DNA from: a virus
Lineage: Duplodnaviria; Caudoviricetes
Virus record (IMG/VR): IMGVR_UViG_3300028048_000075
Coordinates: 65,606 to 129,605 of that record
Direction: 5' to 3' (one strand)
Length of the DNA: 64,000 nucleotides
The notes beneath the pieces are model-generated. The model did no database searches. It was not told the origin of the DNA and worked only from the letters and a program-made list of their open reading frames with translations. Both the position numbers and the translations under genes were made by a program. This document shows positions 20,760 to 29,774 of this stretch, piece after piece. How positions within the stretch are numbered: position 1 is the first letter of the stretch; each line of letters starts with the position of its first letter.

Positions 20760-21890
20760 ATGAACAAAAAACTTGCTATACTTATTACATCTTTGGTTTT
20801 GAGTTTTGTACCTATTGTGGGATATTCTGATCAACAACCTGGTAATAAAGATTACAATTCTACCGAGTATACAATGAATTACTACACGAATAACGCTGAA
20901 TATGGTGGAGCAGAAAAGGTTTATCAAGCCGATATATCTGGAGGAAATGTCCAATACATTAGACGTGATGAATCGTTATACGACTCCGTATTTGAGGTTT
21001 TGAAAAATAACCTTTGGTTCGTAGTGGTAGTTTGTGTATTGGTAATAGTTGTAATGTATTCGATTATTCTATTATTCGTTGGTATTTTTAAATGGTTAGG
21101 AAAACGATTTGAGCATACCGAATATTTAGAAATAGGAAAACTCAAAATAAAAAACAGGAATTATAAACCTGAGAATACAAATAGTCAAGACCAATCATTT
21201 AATGTTAGAACTTTTGTTACAATGCTTGATATAATTCTTTCAAATGAAATGAAATTGGCTATTACTAAAACTATGGATATCATGAATACTATTCATTCTA
21301 TTGAAAATATTTATGATTCTCAGTGTGAAAGTATATTTCGAAATACCTTCACTACACTTAAAAATGAATACCATGAACGATTAGTATCTTATGCTTCTGA
21401 GGTTACAGGATTCACAATGGATTCAATCCACAGAACTAGGGAATATTTTTTTATTTCTGATATGTTGCATTCTGCAGAAATATTCTGGATGGATCAGAGT
21501 AAAGATATTATTAGTCGTAATGGATTTGTTGAAATTGTAGATGATAAACGCAGATGTGGAGAATATATTAAAGAACTTGAAGATTGTATATGGAGATCTA
21601 TAGATATCCGTAAACTTGAAGCTACAGTTCTTAAAAAGAAAGATATTGACGAAATCTTGATTGATATCATGAGAACGACTTCTTCTCAGCTAGAGAATAT
21701 GTTTATGAGACTTGGTTCTCTTAAAAAGAGCATGTTGTCTAAGAAATCTGAGAAAATGTCTATCGTTGATAAAGCAATTTCCACTAGTGTAGATACGACT
21801 TTGAATAATATCAAATACAGATTCTTTGGTACAGGTTTGAATCCTGAGAACAATGAATCTGGAGAAGTCGCAAATACAGCAAATACATAA
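20760..21890 (+). CDS. membrane protein: signal peptide, one TM helix, large helical C-terminal domain
   Basis: MNKKLAILITSLVLSF signal; WFVVVVCVLVIVVMYSIILLFVGIF TM; late-type promoter. Confidence 0.7.
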   Translation: MNKKLAILITSLVLSFVPIVGYSDQQPGNKDYNSTEYTMNYYTNNAEYGGAEKVYQADISGGNVQYIRRDESLYDSVFEVLKNNLWFVVVVCVLVIVVMYSIILLFVGIFKWLGKRFEHTEYLEIGKLKIKNRNYKPENTNSQDQSFNVRTFVTMLDIILSNEMKLAITKTMDIMNTIHSIENIYDSQCESIFRNTFTTLKNEYHERLVSYASEVTGFTMDSIHRTREYFFISDMLHSAEIFWMDQSKDIISRNGFVEIVDDKRRCGEYIKELEDCIWRSIDIRKLEATVLKKKDIDEILIDIMRTTSSQLENMFMRLGSLKKSMLSKKSEKMSIVDKAISTSVDTTLNNIKYRFFGTGLNPENNESGEVANTANT

Positions 21891-21934
21891 TGACAAATGG
21901 GGTTTTATACCCCATTTGTATATTTTGGTCCATC

Positions 21935-21948
21935 GACAAAACTATATA
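21935..21948 (+). promoter_or_regulatory. late-type promoter GACA-N6-TATA
   Basis: GACAAAACTATATA. Confidence 0.6.
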
Positions 21949-21981
21949 CTTTTCGAAATGGTTATTACAAAGGAGTAAGTT

Positions 21982-24900
21982 ATGGGCGTTTATACACATA
22001 GCGCTTCGAGAGCAATATACGAACAAGAAATAAAAAAGGTTGGTAGTAACTTAACACATAGCGGTTCTAAAGCGATTTATCAACAAGAACTTGCAAAAGC
22101 TTCCAGCCAATATACACATAGCGCTTCAAAATCGGTATATGAACAAGAATTAGCCAAAGTTACTAATAAATATACACATTCTGCTTCAAAGTCAGTGTAT
22201 GAACAAGAATTGGCTAAGGCTACTAAAAATAACAGTACAGTTTCTAATGCTGCATCGACGTTTACTGGAGGTGGCGGATCATCGGGAACTTATTCGTCTG
22301 GTGGATCGTCTGGATCAAATCTTACCGCTAGTTCTTCTGACAATTCCAACTCTAATAATAGTAGTAGAAGTGGTTCAAAAGCTAGCGAAAGTGGTAATGG
22401 AGAAGCTAAACCTATAAATAACGTCTTATCAAATTATGATAATGAAGTAGTAGAAACTGAATCTGGATCTTCTGGTTTTGCATCAGGTTTATTGGAAACT
22501 TATAAAAATGGTGGAGCTCAAGGTCTCGTATCCAATCTTACAACTTCAGTAAGTTCATATCTGAATGATAAAATACAAAGTTTGAATAAACTTGCATCAG
22601 GATTTGCTTCTGGAATGCTCGATAAACTCGGGCTTTCTAAGTATCTTGACAAGTTTATGGAATTTGGAAACAAGTACTTCGGCGATGTAATGAAAATGTT
22701 GGGAGACATGAAAAATGATGCTCTTAGACAATTACAAAATGCCGCACTTAACTATATTTCTAACATAGTTGAAGATCTTACAGCTAACCTACTTTCAACA
22801 GTATATATTCCAGATTCTGTATTTAAACTGACTATCGAAGGATTATATAAAGCTGGTGCAGACCTTGCTTATAATAGTCATTATCTTCGCGATCATTGTC
22901 TTGCTAGAGACTGGAACGAAACGTTAAAATATGTTGATGAACAATATGGATTGGATTATTCTCCAGCTTATGACGAATTGATTGCTGATGTAGAAACATG
23001 TTCTCATGGTTCATGTTGGAAGAATCTTCATTATATTTTCGGCAAAATGTATGATCATTACAAATATATTGTAAAAGAAATTGGTAAGAATACTAGAGAA
23101 GTTGAAAAGATTATTGGTGGAGATATCTCCTCTCTTAATGAAATGACCGATGAAGAATTCAATACGAGATTTGATGATGTGACTATAGCTAAGATAGTTG
23201 CTTTACAAGGTATAATAGGAGATCTTACAAGAAATAAGACTCTTATCGAAGAAACTATGGTAAAAGGTCTTAAAGATCTTATTGTGTATTCATACACATA
23301 TGTAAGAGCATCTGATATTCGTAAATTCTTTACTGATTATCCAGAAATTTTGAAACCAATGTATTATGGTTCAACTGATAACAAATATAATCAAAGGTTT
23401 GCATTCACTGGTAGCGATATTGAAATAATGATGCCTATGCACGGTGATCATAAATTGACCGAAGCCGATGAGGCAATTTTGAATGATGTAAACTCTCATA
23501 TAAATGAATTAAGTGCTGCTGCAGATGAGGCTTCTAAAAATGCTACAGAATATGAACTTAGAGCTAAAGAAGCTGGTTTTTCTTTAGAAGATGGATACAC
23601 TATTGAAGGTGCTAAGAATAAAGCAGCTGCATCAATATCTACACTTAGAAAAAACGTCAATCAAAATCAGAAAGACAGATATGGAACTCTTAGTAGAACA
23701 GCATTAACTAAAGGTTCCAATGGTGTATATAAAGCTTCTATGGCAAGATACACGATGAAGAACTCTAAGAAAGACAAAGTCAAGTATCGTAGTAAGGATA
23801 TTGATGATGTACTTGAAGCTACAATGACTTATGATAACACTTGGGTAGATCTTAGAAATAAGAATATCAAGACAATTTATGTTTTGCTTGCTAATGAAAC
23901 TATTTTTGGTTCAGAAATGATGGTCAATAAAGCTTTTTATGACCGTTGTAAGATACCTACAGCCACAGTTCTCAAAACTAGTCTTGATAAAGCTAGAGGT
24001 ATTCTTGGAACTTCTATGCTAGTTCAATCAATGTTTGATCTTTCTGATGCAATTGATGGTTCGGCATATAACTACACCAAGAGTGTTGAAGATTATTTGT
24101 TTGATCCTTCTGTTAACCGTAGTGCAGATAGCTTAGCCGAAGTTTTTGGTGGTGCATGGAAACTTACTTTTGAAGAATTGAATGAACCTGATATAAAAGA
24201 TCTTAAAATCACAGGTGATTTGGTTGAAGGCGAGATTGTAAATCCTCAAGATGTTGCTTCAAATCATGTTGTAAATAACAATACTCTTGAAAAAATAAAT
24301 AAAATGCTCGATGCTAACTTGGTTGCTAAGAGAGCTATAGTTAATATCTTACGTTTTGCTTCAAATATTCCTATGCTTAATCGTAGAGATATAATTATAA
24401 AATGGCTCTATTTCTTTTATAATGCTATGGTTTCTAAAGGAATCGATCAGGCTATTAGACAAAGAACGTTATCATCATTGGTTTACTATGTATTTGGTAA
24501 GAAAGGTATTACCGATATAAGTGAAATCAACGGCATATTCGATTATGCTACTACAGAGTCATTGAATGATAATATTAAAGTTTTGGCAGCAATTAGTAAA
24601 CTTCAGCTATATGAAGAAGCTATGAGACTTGAAGAAACTGAGTTTAAGACAACTATTATTAAACTCTATAAGCTTGCTGTGGATATGATGGCTAGAGAAG
24701 TTGAAGACATAGGATTTATCAAATCTCTATTCAAATACGATAAAGAATATTTGAAAACGTTCTTTAAAGCATCTTTCTATAATGAAGTTGATTTCTTAAA
24801 GAGTATCAATTCTAGAGATAATCTCTTGTATGGCATTTTCTATCCACATAAAGATAATCTTACAGAACATTTCGACGGTTTTGATAGAACTGGTATTTTC

Positions 24901-27057
24901 GGTTATAGTGATTCTCTTAAAAGAATTCAATTCACAAATATCATTGATGGTGACTGGTTATCTATAGCTGTAACCTATAATGGTACTTTCTTTGGTGGTT
25001 CAGATTTTGCTGAAAAACACGGAATTAAGATTCTTGATGAGAGTACTGGAACTATTGTGGATACGAATATTACTACAGGTAACTGGGTAAGTATATTCGA
25101 ATATTTTAAGACTACATTCTTTATCAATTCTGATGATCAATTATATTATTGGAATGGATCGGATGTTGTATATACTGGTATAGATCATATTAGTGATTGG
25201 GAATTTAAAACCATTAAAGAAATAAGTTTGATTCTTCTTTGTAGTAAAAACAATAGTGGATTCAAATATTTCACTAATTCCAGATTTAATGACGGATCTA
25301 CTAGTGGTTCTGGATGGAAATGTCAAAAGATTCCTGGCGGACATATAGTTTATCCTACTAAGAATCCTGGATATCCATATGCTATAACTACTTCTAAAGC
25401 ATTCAAAATGCTTAATGGATTCGATACTTACACTCATTTTGCTAATATTACTCACACAATGAAACAAACTGTTAATCCTCCACAAGGTGCTACAAATCCT
25501 GATGGAACACCAGTTAAACCGACAGTAACTTATACATATACGTTATATTTGTTTGGTGGAACTAGAAACAATGGTATTCTTACTTATAAGAGTACATCGG
25601 GATCTAGCAATAAATTCCAGTTTGAAAAATCTAATCCTGAAACCAGATTCGTAGATGCTGTAGGTTCTTCAAGTCTTGCAATACCTATGAATCTTACTAA
25701 TACAACAATTTGTGTAGTTACTGATAATAAATTCGTAGATGTTGATTTTATTATAAGTCATGCTTCTGAATCTACTGGTGGAATAGCTCCTGTATACCCA
25801 TTGGATGAAGATGATTCTTCCACATTACGTCAATTTACATCGATTACAAAGTATCAAACTTGTAAATCAAAAGTTTTCTTTACAGATTCTACAGGATCTG
25901 GAAACCAGAATTATTATATCGATTTTGGTACATCTACTGTAAATGATCTTGATGATTCTATAGATTTGAATTCTGGTGTATTCTATGAGTTTGATCCTAA
26001 TGATACTTTGTATTGGAAACGTAATGATGGAAAAGGTGTATATAAATTTACAAATAATTCTGTTGTAGCTATGATTGATGGTGCAGACAATGATCTTACC
26101 GGATGGGAATTAACCTATGCCGGTGGAAGATTGTATGCTACAAATACATTAACCGGAAAAGGTGTTAGAACTATTTCTGGAAACAAATTGGTTACAACAA
26201 ATATCGATTCTGGATTCTGGAAAGTTGGAGCTAGCGATGCGAAAGTTTTTGCAATGTCGTATAATAACACTAATAAAGGTATTAGATATTGTAATAGACT
26301 TGCTCCTACTATAGAATTTATCGAAATACCTGCAGAATGCACTAAATATGGTGATATTGGCGGATTCGCATATAACAGTAGTAGAGGAATAATGTACTTC
26401 GGAGAAAACCGTTCTGCACTCATTCTTAACGTTGGTTCTATACCATATGACGTTGACGGATTTATATTCCCTCTATATGAGTATGAATTACAGAAACGAC
26501 TTTCTGAAATCATCAGCAATAAGCTTGTAATTTTCTCTAATATTATTCTATCATTACTTGAAACAAATGCTTTGTTAGACGATATCTTGAATATTCTTAA
26601 TCCTATTATGGACGATATGGACGACTTCTATACATCTATGCTAGTTTCATCAAATCTCTTCAGTAATCTTTTGTCTTATGCAGAAGCTAGATCTGAATTC
26701 GATATCGATGATCCGTATGCATTGGATGGTATCTTAACAGATTTCATACTAAACTACTCTTATAATAAGAATAGAAATGATACTACAGCATCTTTCTATG
26801 CTTCATTAGTTGATAGACATGGTGTTTCTGGTTCAGGTCCTACAAATAGTAGTCTTGAAGAAATTATGGCTAGATTTAATGCTGGTCTTATTAACATCAA
26901 AGTCTTCTCTAATGTAACAATGGCTGAAAAAGATGGTAAAATGCAAGAAGTTTCGTTGTTAGACTCTGTTGGTGGAGACACTACAGAATTTAATAAAAAA
27001 TACAATTGGAGAACTCTTGAGTTCATGAATTGTGACGAAAACGGAGATATCTATTAA
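21982..27057 (+). CDS. large putative virion protein, 1691 aa (N-terminal repeats, G/S linker, helical region, beta-rich region)
   Basis: AAGGAG RBS; late-type promoter; repeated TNI..G.W beta-rich blocks. Confidence 0.6.
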   Translation: MGVYTHSASRAIYEQEIKKVGSNLTHSGSKAIYQQELAKASSQYTHSASKSVYEQELAKVTNKYTHSASKSVYEQELAKATKNNSTVSNAASTFTGGGGSSGTYSSGGSSGSNLTASSSDNSNSNNSSRSGSKASESGNGEAKPINNVLSNYDNEVVETESGSSGFASGLLETYKNGGAQGLVSNLTTSVSSYLNDKIQSLNKLASGFASGMLDKLGLSKYLDKFMEFGNKYFGDVMKMLGDMKNDALRQLQNAALNYISNIVEDLTANLLSTVYIPDSVFKLTIEGLYKAGADLAYNSHYLRDHCLARDWNETLKYVDEQYGLDYSPAYDELIADVETCSHGSCWKNLHYIFGKMYDHYKYIVKEIGKNTREVEKIIGGDISSLNEMTDEEFNTRFDDVTIAKIVALQGIIGDLTRNKTLIEETMVKGLKDLIVYSYTYVRASDIRKFFTDYPEILKPMYYGSTDNKYNQRFAFTGSDIEIMMPMHGDHKLTEADEAILNDVNSHINELSAAADEASKNATEYELRAKEAGFSLEDGYTIEGAKNKAAASISTLRKNVNQNQKDRYGTLSRTALTKGSNGVYKASMARYTMKNSKKDKVKYRSKDIDDVLEATMTYDNTWVDLRNKNIKTIYVLLANETIFGSEMMVNKAFYDRCKIPTATVLKTSLDKARGILGTSMLVQSMFDLSDAIDGSAYNYTKSVEDYLFDPSVNRSADSLAEVFGGAWKLTFEELNEPDIKDLKITGDLVEGEIVNPQDVASNHVVNNNTLEKINKMLDANLVAKRAIVNILRFASNIPMLNRRDIIIKWLYFFYNAMVSKGIDQAIRQRTLSSLVYYVFGKKGITDISEINGIFDYATTESLNDNIKVLAAISKLQLYEEAMRLEETEFKTTIIKLYKLAVDMMAREVEDIGFIKSLFKYDKEYLKTFFKASFYNEVDFLKSINSRDNLLYGIFYPHKDNLTEHFDGFDRTGIFGYSDSLKRIQFTNIIDGDWLSIAVTYNGTFFGGSDFAEKHGIKILDESTGTIVDTNITTGNWVSIFEYFKTTFFINSDDQLYYWNGSDVVYTGIDHISDWEFKTIKEISLILLCSKNNSGFKYFTNSRFNDGSTSGSGWKCQKIPGGHIVYPTKNPGYPYAITTSKAFKMLNGFDTYTHFANITHTMKQTVNPPQGATNPDGTPVKPTVTYTYTLYLFGGTRNNGILTYKSTSGSSNKFQFEKSNPETRFVDAVGSSSLAIPMNLTNTTICVVTDNKFVDVDFIISHASESTGGIAPVYPLDEDDSSTLRQFTSITKYQTCKSKVFFTDSTGSGNQNYYIDFGTSTVNDLDDSIDLNSGVFYEFDPNDTLYWKRNDGKGVYKFTNNSVVAMIDGADNDLTGWELTYAGGRLYATNTLTGKGVRTISGNKLVTTNIDSGFWKVGASDAKVFAMSYNNTNKGIRYCNRLAPTIEFIEIPAECTKYGDIGGFAYNSSRGIMYFGENRSALILNVGSIPYDVDGFIFPLYEYELQKRLSEIISNKLVIFSNIILSLLETNALLDDILNILNPIMDDMDDFYTSMLVSSNLFSNLLSYAEARSEFDIDDPYALDGILTDFILNYSYNKNRNDTTASFYASLVDRHGVSGSGPTNSSLEEIMARFNAGLINIKVFSNVTMAEKDGKMQEVSLLDSVGGDTTEFNKKYNWRTLEFMNCDENGDIY
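21991..22220 (+). repeat. four in-frame 60-bp tandem repeats (YTHSASKSVYEQELAK-type)
   Basis: ACACAT...AACAAGAA recurs at exact 60-nt period. Confidence 0.9.
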
Positions 27058-27061
27058 AATA

Positions 27062-27095
27062 TAATAAGGGTGGCTCAATGCCACCCTTATTTTTA
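27062..27095. terminator. bidirectional terminator between convergent genes
   Basis: ATAAGGGTGGC-tcaat-GCCACCCTTAT, flanked by A- and T-runs. Confidence 0.8.
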
Positions 27096-28028
27096 TTCGA
27101 TAAATGGATCTGCTGTAATAACAACAGCATCTTTATATTTACCAATAACATGCAAGAAGTTTTCAATTTCAGCAACTGTGAATGTTCTTTCTGTGAAATA
27201 ACGTTTCCAGTCTGTGTAATTGATTCTCCAAGTTTCGGTATTCTTTTCTTCTGAATGGTAAAGTTCAATAAGTTTTTCGATATCAGCAAGATCGTTAACA
27301 ACAAATATCTTATTCTTAATCTTCTTGTTATCTGGATTGAACGTTGTAATTCTTCCAGGATTAAATACATCGTTGACAATCTCAGTAACAACGTTGATGT
27401 ATTTTTCATAAGTCTTAAGATATTCGTTGTATACAGCATTCTTAAACAACAATGGCCAGTCATTAACGCCTTTATTCTTAATAACGCTTGTGAATTTGAC
27501 AATAGCAGAACGATAATCTCCAGCAGTAGCATATGAGAATACACTTTGGTGTAATTCGTAAAGAATACCAAGCATATCTTTTTCTGTAAGTTTTTCGTAC
27601 TTTGTGTAGGTATCGAAAATGTCTTCAAGTTCGTCAGGATCATAAGAACCAATCTGAACATCAATAATGCTATCAACATTTACGACATGTGTCGAAATTG
27701 AAGACATTGCGCTTTTAAGCTGAGTTCCATCATAAATCATTCCAGGGAAACCGGAAATATCCCAACCTACAAAAGCCCAAGTGTTTTCTGAGATTTCATA
27801 AGCTTTCAATACAGAAATGTGTCTAGCTTCACCAATTCCGACACTATATGGAAGACGCTTATTATAAGCGAGTTCATTATCATCGTTATATTTTTCGATC
27901 TTTCTAACAAGATCAAGTGGTGAAGAAATACCTTGAAGTAGCGTTTTTACAATTTCTGGATTGTAGGTGTTGATTTTAGTGGAATCAAGTTCCACGATGT
28001 CATTGATAGTATAATATCCATTATGCAT
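27093..28028 (-). CDS. hypothetical protein, the only long minus-strand gene
   Basis: AGGAG RBS on the minus strand before ATG at 28028; GACA-N6-TATA on the minus strand at 28053-28066; occupies the gap between plus-strand genes. Confidence 0.8.
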   Translation of the reverse strand: MHNGYYTINDIVELDSTKINTYNPEIVKTLLQGISSPLDLVRKIEKYNDDNELAYNKRLPYSVGIGEARHISVLKAYEISENTWAFVGWDISGFPGMIYDGTQLKSAMSSISTHVVNVDSIIDVQIGSYDPDELEDIFDTYTKYEKLTEKDMLGILYELHQSVFSYATAGDYRSAIVKFTSVIKNKGVNDWPLLFKNAVYNEYLKTYEKYINVVTEIVNDVFNPGRITTFNPDNKKIKNKIFVVNDLADIEKLIELYHSEEKNTETWRINYTDWKRYFTERTFTVAEIENFLHVIGKYKDAVVITADPFIE

Positions 28029-28052
28029 AATGTGCACTCCTAATCTATTGAT

Positions 28053-28121
28053 TATATTAAAATGTCTTGGCTAACCAATCACATAAATTTTTAACTAAAA
28101 TTTAAACCACACAACTATATA
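28053..28121. promoter_or_regulatory. divergent pair of late-type promoters
   Basis: Minus strand GACATTTTAATATA (28053-28066); plus strand CACAACTATATA (28110-28121). Confidence 0.55.
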
Positions 28122-28144
28122 ATTTGTATTATATAGGAGAAATT

Positions 28145-28960
28145 ATGTTATGGATAAAGAATTCAAAATTACGAAAAAGCATATTATTGCTTGTTGTATT
28201 ACTATCGTTCTTTGTATCGGGTCTTTCTGCGCAGGCAGGTTCCTCAGATTTAGAGGAATTTCAGGAACTAGCCAGCAGCTTATCGACGGAGTCGTACTTA
28301 GCAGAGAAACAGCAGATAAACTTGCTGATGAGCTTAATATTGCAAGAGCTTCACTCAGCTCCTCAGAAAACTATGGACAAACAATCCTTGAAGGAATTGG
28401 AGAATTACGAAAAGCTAGTGAAGTCGGAAGATTATGCTCAGATGCCATTAAGTTATCAATTGAAAGAGATGCGGAAAACAATGAAAATCTACTCAAAGCT
28501 CGAGGAGACTATTTCGAATCAGTCGACTACGCTATCGAATTGGCAACTCAACGTGCTGAACTATATGAGCAAATTGTTCGAACATATGAACAGGCTGTCT
28601 TTTATAATGGAAAAAATAGTAACGAGTCAGAACCAGGACATGGGGTTGGCAATTAACGAATTAAACAAAGCGTTATCAGATGTAGATTTTTTACAAACAC
28701 ATCTTGCTAGTATGGAAATATTAGCAAGAAAACAAGCTGAAGAAATTGCTGCGTTAAATAACCGATATAAAGGATTAAAACGAGTTAGAATTGGAAGTCT
28801 TTGTATTGGTGGTGCTAGTTTGTTTATCGGTGTCACCGGTTATTTTGTACATAAGACTGATAGTTCTGAAGAACTCGGTAAAATGATGATGTATGCTGGT
28901 GCTACAGCTTTAGGATGTAGTGCAGCAACATTTGGATTAAGTTTTAGCATACCTTTTTAA
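28145..28960 (+). CDS. signal-peptide, coiled-coil protein with C-terminal hydrophobic segments (spanin-like candidate)
   Basis: KLRKSILLLVVLLSFFVSGLSA signal; coiled coil; C-terminal IGSLCIGGASLFIGVTG and ATFGLSFSIPF. Confidence 0.65.
   Translation: MLWIKNSKLRKSILLLVVLLSFFVSGLSAQAGSSDLEEFQELASSLSTESYLAEKQQINLLMSLILQELHSAPQKTMDKQSLKELENYEKLVKSEDYAQMPLSYQLKEMRKTMKIYSKLEETISNQSTTLSNWQLNVLNYMSKLFEHMNRLSFIMEKIVTSQNQDMGLAINELNKALSDVDFLQTHLASMEILARKQAEEIAALNNRYKGLKRVRIGSLCIGGASLFIGVTGYFVHKTDSSEELGKMMMYAGATALGCSAATFGLSFSIPF
28150..28656 (+). CDS. N-terminal TM, coiled-coil protein nested in another frame (i-spanin-like candidate)
   Basis: KKHIIACCITIVLCIGSFCAGRF anchor then heptad-rich helix; normal phage codon usage; shares RBS with 28145. 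Confidence 0.65.
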   Translation: MDKEFKITKKHIIACCITIVLCIGSFCAGRFLRFRGISGTSQQLIDGVVLSRETADKLADELNIARASLSSSENYGQTILEGIGELRKASEVGRLCSDAIKLSIERDAENNENLLKARGDYFESVDYAIELATQRAELYEQIVRTYEQAVFYNGKNSNESEPGHGVGN

Positions 28961-28997
28961 AGATACTTATATATTATATTACTGTAGGGAGGATTCT

Positions 28998-29159
28998 ATG
29001 GATGCAGTGTACCTAGAAGATATTTTGTCAGCAAAACGTGGATCTGAAGAAAGAAAACATGCTATTAACAGAGCTAGAGCTTATGTTAATGAAAAGTATG
29101 GAATAGATCTAAAAGATCCTACGAAGTTTCTTATTCAAAATATCGAAGAATCTAAATGA
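28998..29159 (+). CDS. small hypothetical protein, 53 aa
   Basis: GGAGG RBS; early-type motif near 28967; read manually. Confidence 0.7.
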   Translation: MDAVYLEDILSAKRGSEERKHAINRARAYVNEKYGIDLKDPTKFLIQNIEESK

Positions 29160-29162
29160 TGG

Positions 29163-29192
29163 TAATGGTGGAGAGTTTTCTCTCCACCATTA
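29163..29192 (+). other. strong intergenic hairpin
   Basis: TAATGGTGGAGAG-tttt-CTCTCCACCATTA. Confidence 0.75.
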
Positions 29193-29221
29193 ATATTTGT
29201 TTTCATATTAAGGAGTATAAT

Positions 29222-29743
29222 ATGAGAAACCGATGTGACTGGAACGCAGTCATCGAGGACATTAAAGCAAATGCTGGAAAATATTCTCGAATGGATATTT
29301 GCGAAAAATATAACATGACTTATTGGGCTTGTACACAATATTTTCATCATCATGAAAATTATGCTAAGCTCTTAAGACATGTTGACAATATCAAGGTGGA
29401 TCGCAAACGATTTAAAGAAATCGTTGAGCAGAATCCTAACAAATATTCTGTTGACGATCTCGCAGAAATGTTTTCTGTATCAAGATCTGCAATTTTCAAT
29501 TTGATACGCAATGACCCACAGATTACAAAATTGAAAGGTTTGATATGTATATCGTATAGTCATCCAAAGTTCGATTGGGAAACTATCGATAAACGTGTTT
29601 TGCCAATAATTTCGCATTTGAGGGTTACGGATGTCGCGGATTATTATAACATCCAGTTTGCTACAGTTCACAAGCATTACGAAATGCTCAATGTGATTGA
29701 CAAATTTGGAACGGATATTATCAATCCGCTGAATTACTTGTAG
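29222..29743 (+). CDS. tandem HTH-repeat protein (3 repeats)
   Basis: AAGGAG RBS; DW..(V/I)..DI...GKYS..DI..KY repeats; paralog of the next gene. Confidence 0.75.
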   Translation: MRNRCDWNAVIEDIKANAGKYSRMDICEKYNMTYWACTQYFHHHENYAKLLRHVDNIKVDRKRFKEIVEQNPNKYSVDDLAEMFSVSRSAIFNLIRNDPQITKLKGLICISYSHPKFDWETIDKRVLPIISHLRVTDVADYYNIQFATVHKHYEMLNVIDKFGTDIINPLNYL

Positions 29744-29774
29744 TGTAATGATAATAATACTGTAAGGAGGTATT

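Noticed and set aside
21991-22220. 60-bp periodic repeats as a CRISPR array
   Set aside because: In-frame within a CDS, variation is mostly synonymous, no unique spacers and no cas genes
27023-27679. 218-aa minus-strand ORF overlapping the 27093 gene
   Set aside because: No RBS, Leu/Ile-rich off-frame composition, runs through the terminator
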